A DNA stretch of 64,000 nucleotides from Promethearchaeota archaeon (lineage in GTDB: Archaea; Asgardarchaeota; Lokiarchaeia; Sigyniarchaeales; SOKP01), in assembly GCA_048938895.1 (NCBI GenBank), contig JBHLLU010000013.1, positions 1 to 64,000 of the forward strand, in the 5' to 3' direction. The translations under genes and the position numbers were made by a program. Below, piece by piece: positions 1 through 11,200 of the stretch. A model generated the notes under the pieces. The model saw only the letters and a list, made by a program, of their open reading frames with translations. It ran no database searches and was not told the origin of the DNA. Each line of letters opens with the position of its first letter. Position 1 is the stretch's first letter.

Positions 1-518
1 ATATTCATATTAGTTTCGTCTAATTCAAAGTTAATTATAAGATTTGAGACTAAATCACTTTCTATCTTAAATGCATGCGTTCCCTTGGTTAATATATTAA
101 GTGTTTGAGCATCCAGCTTAAGCAGAACACTTATTGTATCACCCATATCTATAGTTCTCCCACTAAGTTTGCCCTTAATGATATCTTCTATTTTAAATAC
201 TTCACCTTTATGGTAAATTAAAAACCGATCTTTGATTGTTCCAAGATTGAAAGTATCTTTTGGAATATTAATTTGGGTATCATCAATGTACAATCTTGCG
301 TATTCAGAGAAATCAAAATTTTCTCTGTCAAAATCCTTTAGGTTAAAATCTCCCAGTTCAATGTTGTCAGGAATAGTAAAAGGGAGAAGCAGGTTAATGA
401 ATTTTATCTGAATTGAATCTCCTATTCCATCTCCAGTAGTATCCACAGTAAATACACTTTCTTTTGGGGGAAAAAGTCTTTTAAGTAATACTTTAAACGC
501 AGATAAATCAAATGAAAT
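1..518 (-). CDS. Hypothetical protein, runs off the window edge (SFDLSAFKVLLKRLFPPKESVFTVDTTGDGIGD...)
   Basis: Hand-translated stop-free frame from 518 to the window start, absent from the ORF track. In-frame stops at 527-522. Candidate starts are ATT at 518 or GTG at 446. Confidence 0.6.
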   Translation of the reverse strand, partial: MSFDLSAFKVLLKRLFPPKESVFTVDTTGDGIGDSIQIKFINLLLPFTIPDNIELGDFNLKDFDRENFDFSEYARLYIDDTQINIPKDTFNLGTIKDRFLIYHKGEVFKIEDIIKGKLSGRTIDMGDTISVLLKLDAQTLNILTKGTHAFKIESDLVSNLIINFELDETNMN

Positions 519-612
519 TTGTTATCAACCCTTTAATCTTTAACATGCATTTTTTATGAACAATGAAATTAAAAATTTTATTTAAAATTTTATAAATTAA
601 AGCTTGAATTCA

Positions 613-1632
613 TTATTCTATCTCTGAAATCTTGACAGGACGATTCTCATCATAAGATTTTTGGGCAGCTAGAGCAATTATAACATTTCTTAGGCCATCC
701 TCTCCATTAGGAGATGGTTCTTTATCATATTGTAAGCATTCAATAAAATTTCGTAGTTCTTCAGCATATGAATCCATATACCTCTGCAAGAAAAAATACG
801 GAATGTTATCTTCTTTTATTTTTTCTGCAGTATATAAACGTACTGTGTTTGATGATTCATTGTCAGCAATTGCGCATCCTTTTGAGCCGAACACTTCAAC
901 TCGCTGATCATATCCATATACAGCTTGTCGTGAATTATCAATCATCCCAATTACACCATTTTTAAATTTCAGAATTAAAGCGACTGTATCGATATCTCCT
1001 GCTTTTCCTACTTCTGGATCTACTAGAACAGCCCCACTTGTATAGACTTCTTCAATTTCGCTTCCTACTTGAAAACGAGCCATATCCCAATCATGAATCG
1101 TCATATCAAAAAGCATACCTCCTGAAGTTTTTAAATATTCTATACTAGGTAGTGCAGGATCACGGGCAGTAACTTTAACCATGTATGGTGAACCAATTTG
1201 ACCTGAGGAAACAATGTCTCTAACTCGTTTGAAATGTTTGTCAAATCGTCTATTAAATCCGATCATAAGTTTTACCTTTTCTTTTTTAACAGTATCAAGG
1301 GTTGCTTTAATACGAGTTAAATCTGTATCTATTGGTTTTTCACAGAATATATCTTTTTTCGCATGGGCAGCTTCTTGAATGAATTTAATATGAGTATCTG
1401 TAGAAGAAGCAATCACTACAACATTTATATCTGGATCATTGAAAATTTCACTTGCATCATTAATAAGTTTAGGAACACCAATATCTTCAGCCCATCTTCT
1501 CAAATTATTATCAATTTTAATATCTGCTACAGTTTTTAATTTTAAATTAGGGATATTATAAATAATATTCTGAATGTGAATTTTCCCCATTCTACCGGCA
1601 CCAATCACCCCAGCAGTATAATTATTTACCAT
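613..1632 (-). CDS. iolG: Inositol 2-dehydrogenase-like Gfo/Idh/MocA oxidoreductase
   Basis: GAGRMG Rossmann motif, CEKP, GFNRRFD, DMTIHD and YGYDQRVEVFG motifs. Confidence 0.85.
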   Translation of the reverse strand: MVNNYTAGVIGAGRMGKIHIQNIIYNIPNLKLKTVADIKIDNNLRRWAEDIGVPKLINDASEIFNDPDINVVVIASSTDTHIKFIQEAAHAKKDIFCEKPIDTDLTRIKATLDTVKKEKVKLMIGFNRRFDKHFKRVRDIVSSGQIGSPYMVKVTARDPALPSIEYLKTSGGMLFDMTIHDWDMARFQVGSEIEEVYTSGAVLVDPEVGKAGDIDTVALILKFKNGVIGMIDNSRQAVYGYDQRVEVFGSKGCAIADNESSNTVRLYTAEKIKEDNIPYFFLQRYMDSYAEELRNFIECLQYDKEPSPNGEDGLRNVIIALAAQKSYDENRPVKISEIE

Positions 1633-1772
1633 TAGACATCAACTTTAATTTAAACTAAAATCTTGATTATTCTCTTTTATTTTTTTTCTAAGATAAATTT
1701 TTATAGAAATAGAGCGAATCTTAAATCACGTTTCATTTATAAAAATATCAAATTATAAACTAGTATGATCTT

Positions 1773-3194
1773 ATGATTGATGAAGAATCTCGTAAAATAC
1801 CACTAAAAAAGAAAATTGCTTTTGCTCTCGGAGAAGTAGGAGATAATACCGCTATGCAAACGTTTTCATTTTTGATTTTCACATTCTATTTTGCAATTGT
1901 TGGGCTCCCTGTAATATTGATTGCTGGGGGTTTCATACTGTGGAGTATATGGAATGCCTTAAACGATCCGATGATTGGATATCTTTCTGATAGAACAAAA
2001 ACTAGATGGGGAAGAAGGATTCCATGGATGGCAGGAGCGACTATACCATTAGCAATTGTTATGATACTACTTTTTACACCTCCAGTTGATCTTGATTCAA
2101 ATGTATCTAATTTCATCTATTTCATTGTCATCTTAATATTGTTTGACACGACTTATACTGCATTTAATTTGAATTATAATGCTGTTTTTTCTGAAATGTT
2201 CATCCCAATGGAAGCTCGTAGTTCAGTTGGAAAAGTACGTATCAGTTTTGTTATGATAGCTTTAATTTTTGCATTCCTTTTACCTACTCTTATCATCGAG
2301 AATATTCTTGGTATAATCCCAGATTCAGGTGATCCTCCCTTAAGAGATCCAAATACCCTAAGCCAATATCAGCTAACAGGAATAATAGCTGCAATTATTA
2401 TTCTCGTATCCTATTTTATGCTTTTAAAATGGGGTGTAAAAGAGCCCAAACATATTTCAAAAGACGCAGAGACGGCTATGTCTTTCGGGAAAACATTTAA
2501 GTATACATTTAAAAACAAGTCATTTCAATGGTTTTTAATACCTGCCTTAGGAACATGGATTGTCATTAACATTTTACCGACTTTAGCCCCTCTCTTCATG
2601 ACAGAAGTTCTTGATATCGAAGATCCAATTTTGATTGGCCTTCTTCTTGCATTAGAATTCATTGTTGCAGCAGCTTCTACACCATTATGGGAATATATCC
2701 GCAAAAAGAAAGGAGCTCGAATGACAGGATTAGGTGGAATAGCGGTATGGATAATACCCATTTTGTTTTTTGCATTTTCGAGTAGTGTTGAAATGGTGTT
2801 TATAGTACAAATTTTCAATGGAATTGGTCTTGGTGGGGGATTATATTTCTATGATCAGTGTATAGCAGAAATCATTGATGAAGATGAAATAACCCACGGC
2901 ACCCGACGATCTGGCATATATTACGCTATCCTAAATTTTTTTATCAGAATATCAAGCATCATTAATTTTTTCTTAATTGGAATTGTATTTTCGACAACAG
3001 ACTGGTATAATTATGAGCCTAATCCGGGAATAGATACTATTTTAGGCCTCCAAATTTTAATGGGTATATATCCTGCTATTGTTTTAATAATTTCATGGAT
3101 TGGGATGTATTATTATCCAATAAAGGGAGAAAAACTTGCAGAAAATAGGAGAATGCTCACAGAACTGCATAATAAGAAGTTGAAGGCTATCTAA
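1773..3194 (+). CDS. MFS glycoside-pentoside-hexuronide (MelB/GPH-family) transporter
   Basis: About 12 hydrophobic segments; NDPMIGYLSDRTKTRWGRRIPW family motif. Confidence 0.85.
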   Translation: MIDEESRKIPLKKKIAFALGEVGDNTAMQTFSFLIFTFYFAIVGLPVILIAGGFILWSIWNALNDPMIGYLSDRTKTRWGRRIPWMAGATIPLAIVMILLFTPPVDLDSNVSNFIYFIVILILFDTTYTAFNLNYNAVFSEMFIPMEARSSVGKVRISFVMIALIFAFLLPTLIIENILGIIPDSGDPPLRDPNTLSQYQLTGIIAAIIILVSYFMLLKWGVKEPKHISKDAETAMSFGKTFKYTFKNKSFQWFLIPALGTWIVINILPTLAPLFMTEVLDIEDPILIGLLLALEFIVAAASTPLWEYIRKKKGARMTGLGGIAVWIIPILFFAFSSSVEMVFIVQIFNGIGLGGGLYFYDQCIAEIIDEDEITHGTRRSGIYYAILNFFIRISSIINFFLIGIVFSTTDWYNYEPNPGIDTILGLQILMGIYPAIVLIISWIGMYYYPIKGEKLAENRRMLTELHNKKLKAI

Positions 3195-3291
3195 ATTTCA
3201 ATCTTCTTCTCAATTTTATTTTTTAAACAAAACTTTTTATATTATATGTATCTATTTTACCTTATTCTATAATAGAATATGTCTGGTCAAA

Positions 3292-3954
3292 ATGGATGAA
3301 AATTCTGAATTTGAGGATGAAGAGCGAGAAATTGAGGAAGAAGAAATAGAAGTTAATCGAGAAGGGGAAAAACAGAAACAAGAAATAAGTTTAAAAAAAA
3401 CTCAATCATTCTTCTTAAATCAATCAAAAGATTCTTCATTAGATATCTCTGTTTGGGGAAAATTTAAAACTAGATCAGAGGAATCCTTGGAAATATTAGA
3501 TGATGAATCATTTTTTAGAACACCAATAACAAATATTATCGAAAATGAGCGCGAATTTAATCTTACAGTCGAATTACCTGGATTAGATAAAAATCATGTA
3601 AATATTTCTTTACATGAAGGCATTTTAGAAATATTAGGAGACAAATCTTTAAAACAAAAAGAGGAAAAAGACGAAAAAAAAGAAAAAGATGAAAAAAAAG
3701 AGAAAAAAGAAAAAGACGAAAAGAAGGATAAGCATAAAGAGAAGAAGGATAAGAAGAAAGATAAATATAAAGAAATTGAGGGTACTTTCCTACGACGTGA
3801 GTTTAGATCGGCTAGTTTCTATAGAAGCTTTCAAATACCCGAAGAAATTAATCTAGAAGGAATTGATGCAAGTTTCAAATATGGTGTTCTTAGATTAAAA
3901 ATCCCTAAAAAAACTTATGAAATTGATGAAAAGAAAGTAATTGAAATAAAATAA
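3292..3954 (+). CDS. Small heat-shock protein (Hsp20) with acidic N-terminus and K/E/D-rich loop insertion
   Basis: VELPGLDK...FYRSFQIP...ASFKYGVLRLKIPK alpha-crystallin motifs and C-terminal IEI motif. Confidence 0.9.
   Translation: MDENSEFEDEEREIEEEEIEVNREGEKQKQEISLKKTQSFFLNQSKDSSLDISVWGKFKTRSEESLEILDDESFFRTPITNIIENEREFNLTVELPGLDKNHVNISLHEGILEILGDKSLKQKEEKDEKKEKDEKKEKKEKDEKKDKHKEKKDKKKDKYKEIEGTFLRREFRSASFYRSFQIPEEINLEGIDASFKYGVLRLKIPKKTYEIDEKKVIEIK
3661..3774 (+). repeat. Low-complexity purine-rich coding repeat (EKDEKK units)
   Basis: Degenerate GAAAAAGAYGAAAAAAAA units encoding EEKDEKKEKDEKKEKKEKDEKKDKHKEKKDKKKDK. Confidence 0.8.
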
Positions 3955-4026
3955 TTTTATTTCTTCACTATTTTTTATTATTATTTTCTAAAAAAGATAA
4001 AGAGTTAATAATAATTTGATATAATA

Positions 4027-4509
4027 TTAAAGCTGTCCCCCACAATAGGCACAATATTGTGCTGATTCTTTAGTTATGGGTGTACCACAATTAGAACAGA
4101 ATTTTGAGCGCTCTCCAGAGGCTACCTCTACTCCTTCTTTTACAAGATGTTTGACTTGACCAGTTTCTGAATTGAATTTTGCTCTTAAATGACCAGAAGC
4201 CTTTAAATCTAGAACTATTGCTTGAATATCTTTCCTACTTATTCCTGTGCTCCTACTAACATGATCTACTGACGCTTCTGGATTTTCTTGAAATTCTGCT
4301 AAAACTACATTCCGTAATTTACTTCTATTCGTAATTGCGAAGATCTGACTTAGAAGAATAGCGATGCCTATTCCAGTTGATATAAATCCCCACCATGACC
4401 ATTTATCCCAAGGAATAAATGATGAGATTCCCCAATATAAAAATGCCCCAGCAATAATTAGGGTGCATACTGAAAATGATTCAGAATATTGATTTTTTTC
4501 ATACTTCAT
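4027..4509 (-). CDS. Membrane protein with two TM helices, a winged-helix-like segment and a C-terminal double zinc ribbon
   Basis: Two hydrophobic segments, HTH-like VDHVSRSTGISRKDIQAIVLDL, CSNC...CAYC. Confidence 0.65.
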   Translation of the reverse strand: MKYEKNQYSESFSVCTLIIAGAFLYWGISSFIPWDKWSWWGFISTGIGIAILLSQIFAITNRSKLRNVVLAEFQENPEASVDHVSRSTGISRKDIQAIVLDLKASGHLRAKFNSETGQVKHLVKEGVEVASGERSKFCSNCGTPITKESAQYCAYCGGQL

Positions 4510-4644
4510 TTTATTCCCTTTTGAAATAATTTGATAATATTGTTATTCAATAAAAGAAGATATAAAAAGTTATTATGTATGAAGTTTAAGTTTTCAAAAT
4601 ATAAATAGTAATAAAATTCACTGCGGTTGCAACAACGAAAATTG

Positions 4645-5064
4645 TTAGTTAGTAATTATACAACCGTTTATGATATCAAATATACGAGAAAAATCCAGTT
4701 GATCTTCCACTAATGTAATTATTATATTACCCAAAATTTTGATCGAGAGGATATAAAAGTTATCTGAATGGATAACATTAAAATCTGGACTATGAACTCC
4801 AATTTCTGAAGTAATTTCTTCAGCTAACTCATACAGTTGAGACATATTTAATCCTATCAAATTTTTATTAAATTCTTGGTTAATATAAGATTTAATTACA
4901 GCTCCATTTTCAGAGGTAATTAAAATAAAATATAATCCGGATTCCCCAAATTCTTTAATTAAACTGTCTAGAACTAAGTTAACTTCTAGAGTTGCAGTCA
5001 TTGTGATAGTAATTATTGGTTTGTTTATAAATAATTTTTGGTGAATTTTATTATTACTATTCAA
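4645..5064 (-). CDS. Roadblock/longin-like small alpha/beta protein (real start probably MTATLEV)
   Basis: Helix, then ILITSENGAVIKSY hairpin, helix and three beta strands, as in roadblock/LC7 folds; recognised by eye. Confidence 0.5.
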   Translation of the reverse strand: MNSNNKIHQKLFINKPIITITMTATLEVNLVLDSLIKEFGESGLYFILITSENGAVIKSYINQEFNKNLIGLNMSQLYELAEEITSEIGVHSPDFNVIHSDNFYILSIKILGNIIITLVEDQLDFSRIFDIINGCIITN

Positions 5065-5153
5065 ATTCTCACTATATTTATACTTAATTATAAATTAATG
5101 ATTAAAAAACCGTCTCTTTGTAATTTCTATAATTCAAAATTCTTAGAATTTAA

Positions 5154-5618
5154 TTATATCTCAAAATATTGATCAATTATTTCTTCAAATTCATGAAAAT
5201 GGCTAATATCGCCCTTAAAGTTCTTTATAAGAGAGTTAAAGTACTTATCAATGAATTTTTCGATAATTAATTCGATATTCCACTTAAAATTTTTACTAAT
5301 TTTATGTTTTTCAACGAAATATGCAAAAATTACATTCTCCCTATTACAAACGTAGAAATGATAATTTCCCATATTAATATCTTCAAGTTTTATTCCTGAA
5401 TCCTCAGTACCAATTAAATCTTGGGAATATATCATAATAGCTGAGATAAATCCTGCAATTTGATATATATTTTGAGATAAACTTATCTTATTTTTTGCTA
5501 CTTTCGAAAAATACAACAATCCTGTCTTATCTAAAACTAGAAACCCAACTAAACCATTTGCCTTTGAAATATCCTTATTTAATTTAAAATCGTTAAATTT
5601 TTCATCTGTATTTATCAT
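5154..5618 (-). CDS. Longin-like domain protein (Asgard type)
   Basis: LVLDKTGLLYFSK, AGFISAIMIYSQDL, F.DKY...FKGDISHFHEFEEIID pattern typical of longin-fold proteins. Confidence 0.6.
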   Translation of the reverse strand: MINTDEKFNDFKLNKDISKANGLVGFLVLDKTGLLYFSKVAKNKISLSQNIYQIAGFISAIMIYSQDLIGTEDSGIKLEDINMGNYHFYVCNRENVIFAYFVEKHKISKNFKWNIELIIEKFIDKYFNSLIKNFKGDISHFHEFEEIIDQYFEI

Positions 5619-5730
5619 AAGGCTAGTTAGAAAATTGTGCTAAAAAATAATTTCGTGTTAATAAAATAATCACATAATTACTATTTAAATCTTTTTTGAT
5701 AAGAAAAAGAGTTTTCTGACCACAAAACAA

Positions 5731-6477
5731 TCATTTTTTTTTTAAGTATTTATGGATTACATCAAAGTCGTTTAAATTAAAAGGTTTTAATATTGATCCC
5801 TCTGCACCTAAATCAATAGATTGTTTCTCTAATTCTTGACTCGGAATAGCGGTAAGAAAAAAAACTGGTATGTCTTTCAATTTTTTATCCGATTTTATTC
5901 TTTTTAATATTTCATAACCATTAATATCAGGAAGAATAACATCAAGTAAAACTAATTTTGGTATAAAATTCTTCAATTCTTTTAATGCTTTAAATCCACT
6001 TAAAACTCCCTTACATTTTATGCCCAATGAATCGAAATAACTTACTAATAAGTTAATTGTTTCTTGATCATCCTCCACTAAGAGGATCTCATAGTCAACA
6101 TCATAATCTGCTTCCTCTTCTATATCAGGTTCAAATTTGTCTAAATGTTCTATAATCTTGTTCTCTAGAATCATGCATTGGTTTAATATATTTTTAATTG
6201 TTGCGATTAAATTACTTTCTAACGAGGTTCCATAGGTTTCAATAATTAATTGTAAATATCCTTTAATGGACGTTAAAGGTTCTTTTAAATCATGTGATAG
6301 GTGTGAAATATTTAATCCTCTAAATTGAATAAAGAATCTTAAAGCCTCTCGAATCAATTTAGATAAAGTAGAATAATCATTCTTTTTAGCAAATGTTTGC
6401 CATACTTCTTTGATATCCTTTGATACATATAAAGAAATTCGTTCTTTATCTTGGTCATAATCAGGAATTTTATCCAC
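5731..6477 (-). CDS. Ribbon-helix-helix + HisKA (DHp) + receiver domain protein
   Basis: RISLYVSKDIKEVW...LSKLIREAL (RHH); LSHDLKEPLTSIKGY (H-box); ILLVEDD...LLDVILPDINGYE...ILKPF (REC). Confidence 0.8.
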   Translation of the reverse strand: MDKIPDYDQDKERISLYVSKDIKEVWQTFAKKNDYSTLSKLIREALRFFIQFRGLNISHLSHDLKEPLTSIKGYLQLIIETYGTSLESNLIATIKNILNQCMILENKIIEHLDKFEPDIEEEADYDVDYEILLVEDDQETINLLVSYFDSLGIKCKGVLSGFKALKELKNFIPKLVLLDVILPDINGYEILKRIKSDKKLKDIPVFFLTAIPSQELEKQSIDLGAEGSILKPFNLNDFDVIHKYLKKK

Positions 6478-6643
6478 CCTAATAAAATTAATGAAAATTA
6501 AGAAAATAATGATAAATTAATGTTTTTATACATATTTATACTATTTTACATATATAAATACTTTTTTACACTTAAGTTTAAATGAAGTTATAGCCAGAAA
6601 AATTAAAAATAAAAAAAAGTAAAAATGAAATCACTTTAGCCAT

Positions 6644-7474
6644 TTATTCATCCAATCTCAATGAATTTTTTAAATCTTCAGCTAAAGTTCCTAATTTATG
6701 TGCAGTTGATGTAACTTCTTCCATAGATGCTGTCTGTTGTTCTGCTGACGCACTTATTCCTTCCATAGAACTAAATGAATTATTAATTTTATTGATTACA
6801 TTGCTGATTTTATCGTTAGTTTCACGTACAGCAGATTTTGATTCCTCAGCTAGTTTACGGACTTCATCAGCAACAACAGCAAAACCTCTTCCTTGTTCAC
6901 CCGCACGTCCAGCTTCAATGCTGGCATTTAATGCCAATAAATTCGTCTGATCAGATATATTTGTAATGATACCCATTACATTACGAATATCATTGGTTGC
7001 GGTCATAACTTCTTGTGTTTCAAGTGTCATACTCTGAGTTGAAGTGGCAATTTCTTCTGATGCAGCATTTACCTCACTTGCACTTGCAGCTAATTCATTT
7101 GCAATATTTGCTACGTTAATGCTTGCATTAGAAGCAGCCGCAATTACCGATTTCATTTCATAATTAGTTTTTTCGATTTTTGCCTCAAGGAAAGGGAGTA
7201 TAGCAAAAAATAAAGCTGATACTCCAATGAACAATCCAAAGCTCTCAGCAAAAGCATCAGCATAGTCAGGATCCCAAAGCATCCATTTATCCAGTAAATT
7301 CCCAAGAGTATATAATGCTCCACCAATTAGACTGAAAACATAAATCGCATTGGTTGGTGTTCTCCTTTTAAAATAAATGAAGACGGCTATTATAGCACCA
7401 ATCCAGAAGAAAATCATTCCTACTAAATTAAATCCTCCATCTCGTAAATCTGCAGGATCAATTTGAAACAACAT
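6644..7474 (-). CDS. Short methyl-accepting chemotaxis-like protein with three TM segments
   Basis: [40 protein letters not shown] signalling hairpin tip. Confidence 0.85.
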   Translation of the reverse strand: MLFQIDPADLRDGGFNLVGMIFFWIGAIIAVFIYFKRRTPTNAIYVFSLIGGALYTLGNLLDKWMLWDPDYADAFAESFGLFIGVSALFFAILPFLEAKIEKTNYEMKSVIAAASNASINVANIANELAASASEVNAASEEIATSTQSMTLETQEVMTATNDIRNVMGIITNISDQTNLLALNASIEAGRAGEQGRGFAVVADEVRKLAEESKSAVRETNDKISNVINKINNSFSSMEGISASAEQQTASMEEVTSTAHKLGTLAEDLKNSLRLDE

Positions 7475-7792
7475 TTATTTCTTCACCATTCCTCCTTTTT
7501 TATGAGCTAATTTAATTTGCTTCTCTTTCAAAACCTTGCTATAATATTCATATGCTGCCGCAACACACATGAAGACTCCTGCTAACATCGCAAAAAAGTG
7601 TTCCATATAGTTAAATGTATCAGGGGCGGTAAACGCTTCTAAATTTGTTGAGAGAAATGTCATAAAAAGTGCATAATAAGCGGGTGCCCATTTCATTATG
7701 TCTCTTCTCTTATTTAAAAGATAAGGAGAAAAGGCTACTGGAATGGATATAATAATTAAGACAATTAGTTCATTAACTTCTAAACTTGGCAT
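7475..7792 (-). CDS. Small three-TM membrane protein abutting the MCP gene
   Basis: Hydrophobic 105-aa ORF; its TAA is immediately followed by the MCP ATG. Confidence 0.7.
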   Translation of the reverse strand: MPSLEVNELIVLIIISIPVAFSPYLLNKRRDIMKWAPAYYALFMTFLSTNLEAFTAPDTFNYMEHFFAMLAGVFMCVAAAYEYYSKVLKEKQIKLAHKKGGMVKK

Positions 7793-8219
7793 TTATCCTT
7801 AGCTCCTTTATATTTGATTAATTTTTTTTTAAAATTTGTACTATCTTAAAAAGACAATTCAATTTTATAACTAATAATTGAATTTGTATATAAATTCTTT
7901 TTTTTACCAATAAATACGCGATATTGAAAAAAATATTATGACTAATTTATTTTTTTTATAACAAAGTTCTAATAATTTTTTGATATGATTAAATAAGAAG
8001 ATAAGCATTTCACAGCCCTTTTTAGAAGTTAATAGATTTTAAAAACAAAAACATTTAAATTAGCAATATTTTTAAATTTATGTAAAAATGCAAAAAATTG
8101 ATAATCTCTTTTTCCATATTACCCATTTCTTAAGATTCACCATTAAAACACACATAAATTAATTTTTATGAAGAAAAATTTCTCTTAATTTGTATAAAAT
8201 AGTATAAACGGTTTATAAA

Positions 8220-11200
8220 ATGGAGAAACACCAGACTCAAATAAAGCAAGATAAGAAAAAATCTTTCCTTAATAAGGATAAAATGTCTCAAAAATCTGAA
8301 AAAATTGAAAAAATATTTGATTCACTTTTTAACAATTATACTAGTGGAATCGCATATCATAAAATAATATATGACCAGAATGGTACGCCCATCAATTATA
8401 ATATAAAGGATGTTAATCCCGAATATGAAAAGATTCTTTCTATCAAAAAGGAGAATATAATAAACAAAACTGCAACGGAGGTTTACGAAATTGACAAAGC
8501 TCCCTATTTAGATATATATTCCGAAGTAGCAGAAACACAAATATCACGATCTTTTGAGACATATTTTGCACCAATGGATACCTATTTTAAAATTTCCGTA
8601 TTCTCTCCTGAAAAAGGTGAGTTTATAACTGTGTTTAATGATGTAACTGAAGCAAGGAAATTAGAGGAATCTGAAGAAAAATATAGACTTATCACTGAAA
8701 ACGCAAATGATTTAATTTGTATCTTAAATAAGAATTACAAGTATGAATACATAAATGAGAAGACTTATTTAAAAGTCCTAGGCTATTCTAAGAAAGATTT
8801 AATTGGAAAATCAGCATTGAAATTAAATCATCCTAAAGATTTTGAACGATTTATTTCTTCTTTCTGGGGAAAAAAAGAGGTAGATAATAGAATTGTAGAA
8901 TTACGAATAAAACACAAAAATGGGAATTGGATATGGTTAAATGTTAATATTCAAAGGTTTAGAAATGAAAAAAATGAAAAAAAATTTTTATTGGTTTCAA
9001 GAGAAATCACTTTTAGAAAATTAGCAGAGAAAAAAATTAAGGACTCTGAAGAAAAATACCGTCATCTATTTGAAGATTCTCCTTTTGCTATAGCTTTAAT
9101 TAATTTTAAAGGAGAAATCCTTGAATGCAATTCATATGTGGAGCAATTATTAGGTTTTAAAAAGGAGGAAATAACGGGAAAAGATTTTAGATTACTTAAT
9201 TATATCCCCAAAGAATATAAATCTTTTGTACTAAATGAATTTGAAAGAATAATTAAAGAAGACATTCCTAAACCAATAAGAGTTCAATTGTATAAGAAAG
9301 ATGGAAGCAAAATTTGGGTTCTATCACACGTCTCTTTAATTAAGTTACAAGAAATGAAATTCATTCAAGTAATTATTGAAAATATTACTGAGATGAAAAA
9401 AGCTGAAGATGCCTTAAGAGAAAGTGAGGCAAAATTCCGATTACTCACAGAACAGAATTTATTGGCTATTTGTATTCTTCAAGACAATAAAATTGTGTAT
9501 GCAAACCAAGCATTCTCAGATATAAATGAAATATCTATCCAAGAAATGCTTAAACAGAAACCAAATGAACTTACCAAAATAATACATCCGGACGATATCG
9601 ATTTTGTTTTAAATCAATCAGAAAAGAAACAGAGTGGGGATAGTAAAGGCATTATTCCACACTATACTTATCGAAAAATAATGAAAGATGGAAGAACCAA
9701 ATGGGTAGATCACTATTCGAAAACAATTCAATATAATGGAAGACCTGCTGATTTGATTACTCAAGTAGAAATTACTGAACAAAAAAAATTTGAAGAACGA
9801 TTAAAAAAATCTGAAGAAAATTATCGAGAATTGGTAAATGATGCTAATAGTATCATTTTAAGATGGGATACGGAAGGAAAAATTAATTTTATCAATGAAT
9901 TTGGAGAAACCTTTTTCGGATATTCTAAATCTGGACTAATTGGCAAACATGTTATTGGAACAATTGTCCCAGAGAAGGAAACTACAGGTCGAGATTTAGA
10001 AAAATTAATGGACGGTATTTGCAGAAATCCTGAAATTTATAAAAATAATGTAAATGAAAACATTACTAAATACGGAAGAAGGGTATGGATATCTTGGACT
10101 AATAAAGCTATTAAAGACGTTGAAGGGAAATTAGTTGGAATACTCTCAGTCGGAAATGATATTACAAAACAGAGAATGGCTACGTTAAAGATCACTGAAT
10201 CAGAAGAAAAATTTAGAACTATAACTGAGCAATCTTTTATAGGTATTGCTATTTTGCAGGATTTCGAATTTAAATATGTTAATCAACAATTTGCTGATAC
10301 TTTAGGATTTAAATCAAAAGAAATTTTAAAATGGAAACCTAAAGAATTTTTCAACTTCATCCATCCTGATGATCGAGATAAAGTAATGGAAATAGCGGAT
10401 AAAAAATATTTTGGTAAAAATGAAGTTTTAGCTGGTTTACAATTTCGGGTTATTAAAAAATCAGGAAAAACTATTTGGTTAGAAATTATATCAAAAACTA
10501 TTCCATTTGAGGGGCATTTAGCTGATTTAATTGCAACATCGGATATTACTGAAAAAAAAGAAGCAGAGAGAATTATCCTTGAAGAAAATAAGAAGTTGTT
10601 AGAATTAAATAAAATGAGAAAAGATATCATCACAAGAGTCTCTCATGAGTTAAAAACACCATTAACTTCAATCTATGGTGCATCTCAAATTCTTCAAAAA
10701 CATTTTGAGGGAAAAATTGAAGATGATGCATTAAATTTTATTGAAATCCTCCATAGGGGTGCCCTAAGGCTTAAAAAATTGGTTGAAAATTTAATCGATG
10801 CCTCAAGGATAGAATCTGGGAAACTTGAGCTGAATCTTCAGATGCATGATCTTGTAAAACTTACAAATGAATGTGTAGAGGAAATGAAATATGTATTAGA
10901 AAACCGTAAATTAAAAGTAGATCTTGCATTCCCTGATGAATTATATTTTAATGTAGACAAAATTCGATTTCAACAGGTAGTAACAAACATTTTATCTAAC
11001 GCAGTTAAAAATACACCAGTAGAAGGCCAACTTTACGTAAGTATAGTAGACAATCAAGATTTTGTAGATATCAAGATACGAGATACTGGTATCGGTATCA
11101 CTGAAAAAGAAAAAGAACTCTTATTTGAGAAATTTGGAAAAATGGAAAGATATGGTATGGATTTGGGCGTTGATCTCGAGGGTTCAGGTCTTGGTTTATA

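Noticed and set aside
7472-7495. In-frame TAA-ATG junction as a nonsense-disrupted single gene
   Set aside because: GGAGG and GGTGA SD-like motifs precede the MCP ATG, which favours two translationally coupled genes.
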